Positions 63,399 through 64,000 of a stretch of DNA of 64,000 bases are shown one piece after another; the stretch's first letter is position 1; the number at the start of each line of letters is the position of its first letter. The position numbers and the translations under genes were made by a program. The notes below the pieces were generated by a model, which was not told the DNA's origin, did not search any database, and saw only the letters and a list, made by a program, of their open reading frames with translations. Origin of the DNA: Octopus vulgaris (lineage: Eukaryota); assembly GCA_951406725.2 (NCBI GenBank), contig OX597816.1, forward strand, positions 15,872,001-15,936,000, given 5' to 3'.

Positions 63399-63795
63399 TC
63401 ACACACACACATATATAAAGCTGAAGTTGTCTGTGTGCGGCAGGTTTGATAGCCTTCAACTAACACTATCTCCTCCGAGACCCTGTGGTGCAAGTTGACC
63501 AAAATTGAGAATAAGATAGAAGAAGGCTTGCTCTTCCTTCCATAGAAGAAAAAATTCAAATCGGACCATGTTAACACCAAAAATTATTTACATCAAAAAG
63601 GTGCTTTTTTTCTATGAAAATCCCTAATTTTTACAATGTTTTGACTGCTGTGTCGCCATATTTTGGTGTATTTCAACCAGAAAAATGTTCACTTAAAGAG
63701 AGTAACAAGCTACATAATGCAAAATATTTACTTTTCAAAAATTCCAATTCTAAAGGGTTGAAACATACCCGAGCAATGCTGGGCAATACTGCTAG
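63399..63795 (+). mobile_element. Non-autonomous Helitron copy
   Basis: A|TC(ACAC..)ATATATAAAGCTGAAG start and CCCGAGCAATGCTGGGCAATACTGCTAG|T end. Confidence 0.88.
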
Positions 63796-63807
63796 TATAT
63801 ATATAAA

Positions 63808-64000
63808 GGCGGCGAGCTGGCAGACACGTTAGCGCGCCGGGTGAAATGCTTAGCGGTATTTCGTCTGTCGTTACGTTCTGAGTTCAAATTCCGCCAAGGT
63901 CAACTTTGCCTTTCATCCTTTCGGGGTCGATAAATAAAGTACCAGTTTCGCACTGGGGGCGATATAATCGATTCAATCCCTTCGTCTGTCCTTGTTTGTC
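63808..64000 (+). mobile_element. SINE family A (runs off the window)
   Basis: GGCGGCGAGCTGGCAG head and central domain. Confidence 0.85.

Overview
AT-rich, repeat-dense eukaryotic (animal) genomic DNA. The SINE families and microsatellite load suggest an octopod cephalopod, but this is inference. No host protein-coding gene could be supported with confidence. Most short ORFs in the track are artefacts of SINEs or microsatellites. The dominant feature is a ~5 kb GC-rich Helitron (20103-25092, minus strand) with TC...hairpin-CTAG ends and a 1078-aa Rep/PIF1 helicase ORF. Its N-terminus carries 23-aa STPR-like repeats, and three ~390-bp non-autonomous partners share its termini. Also present: a decayed restriction-endonuclease-type (Hero-like) LINE RT, an RTE endonuclease fragment, a Tc1 (DD34E) element whose left TIR is split by ~2 kb of foreign DNA, two copies of one internally deleted mariner, and TTAA-flanked piggyBac-like MITEs (often dimeric). 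There are also hAT remnants, an ORF1-only zinc-knuckle retroelement and at least three abundant SINE families. The most unusual signals are: (i) long hairpins and Penelope-like fragments carrying minimal hammerhead-ribozyme motifs, including apparent G3-C8 and U3-A8 core variants; (ii) a SINE that forms head-to-tail multimers through one exact junction (AAAGAAATA|GGTATTTC) and shares its 3' tail with non-SINE retroelements in the same window.
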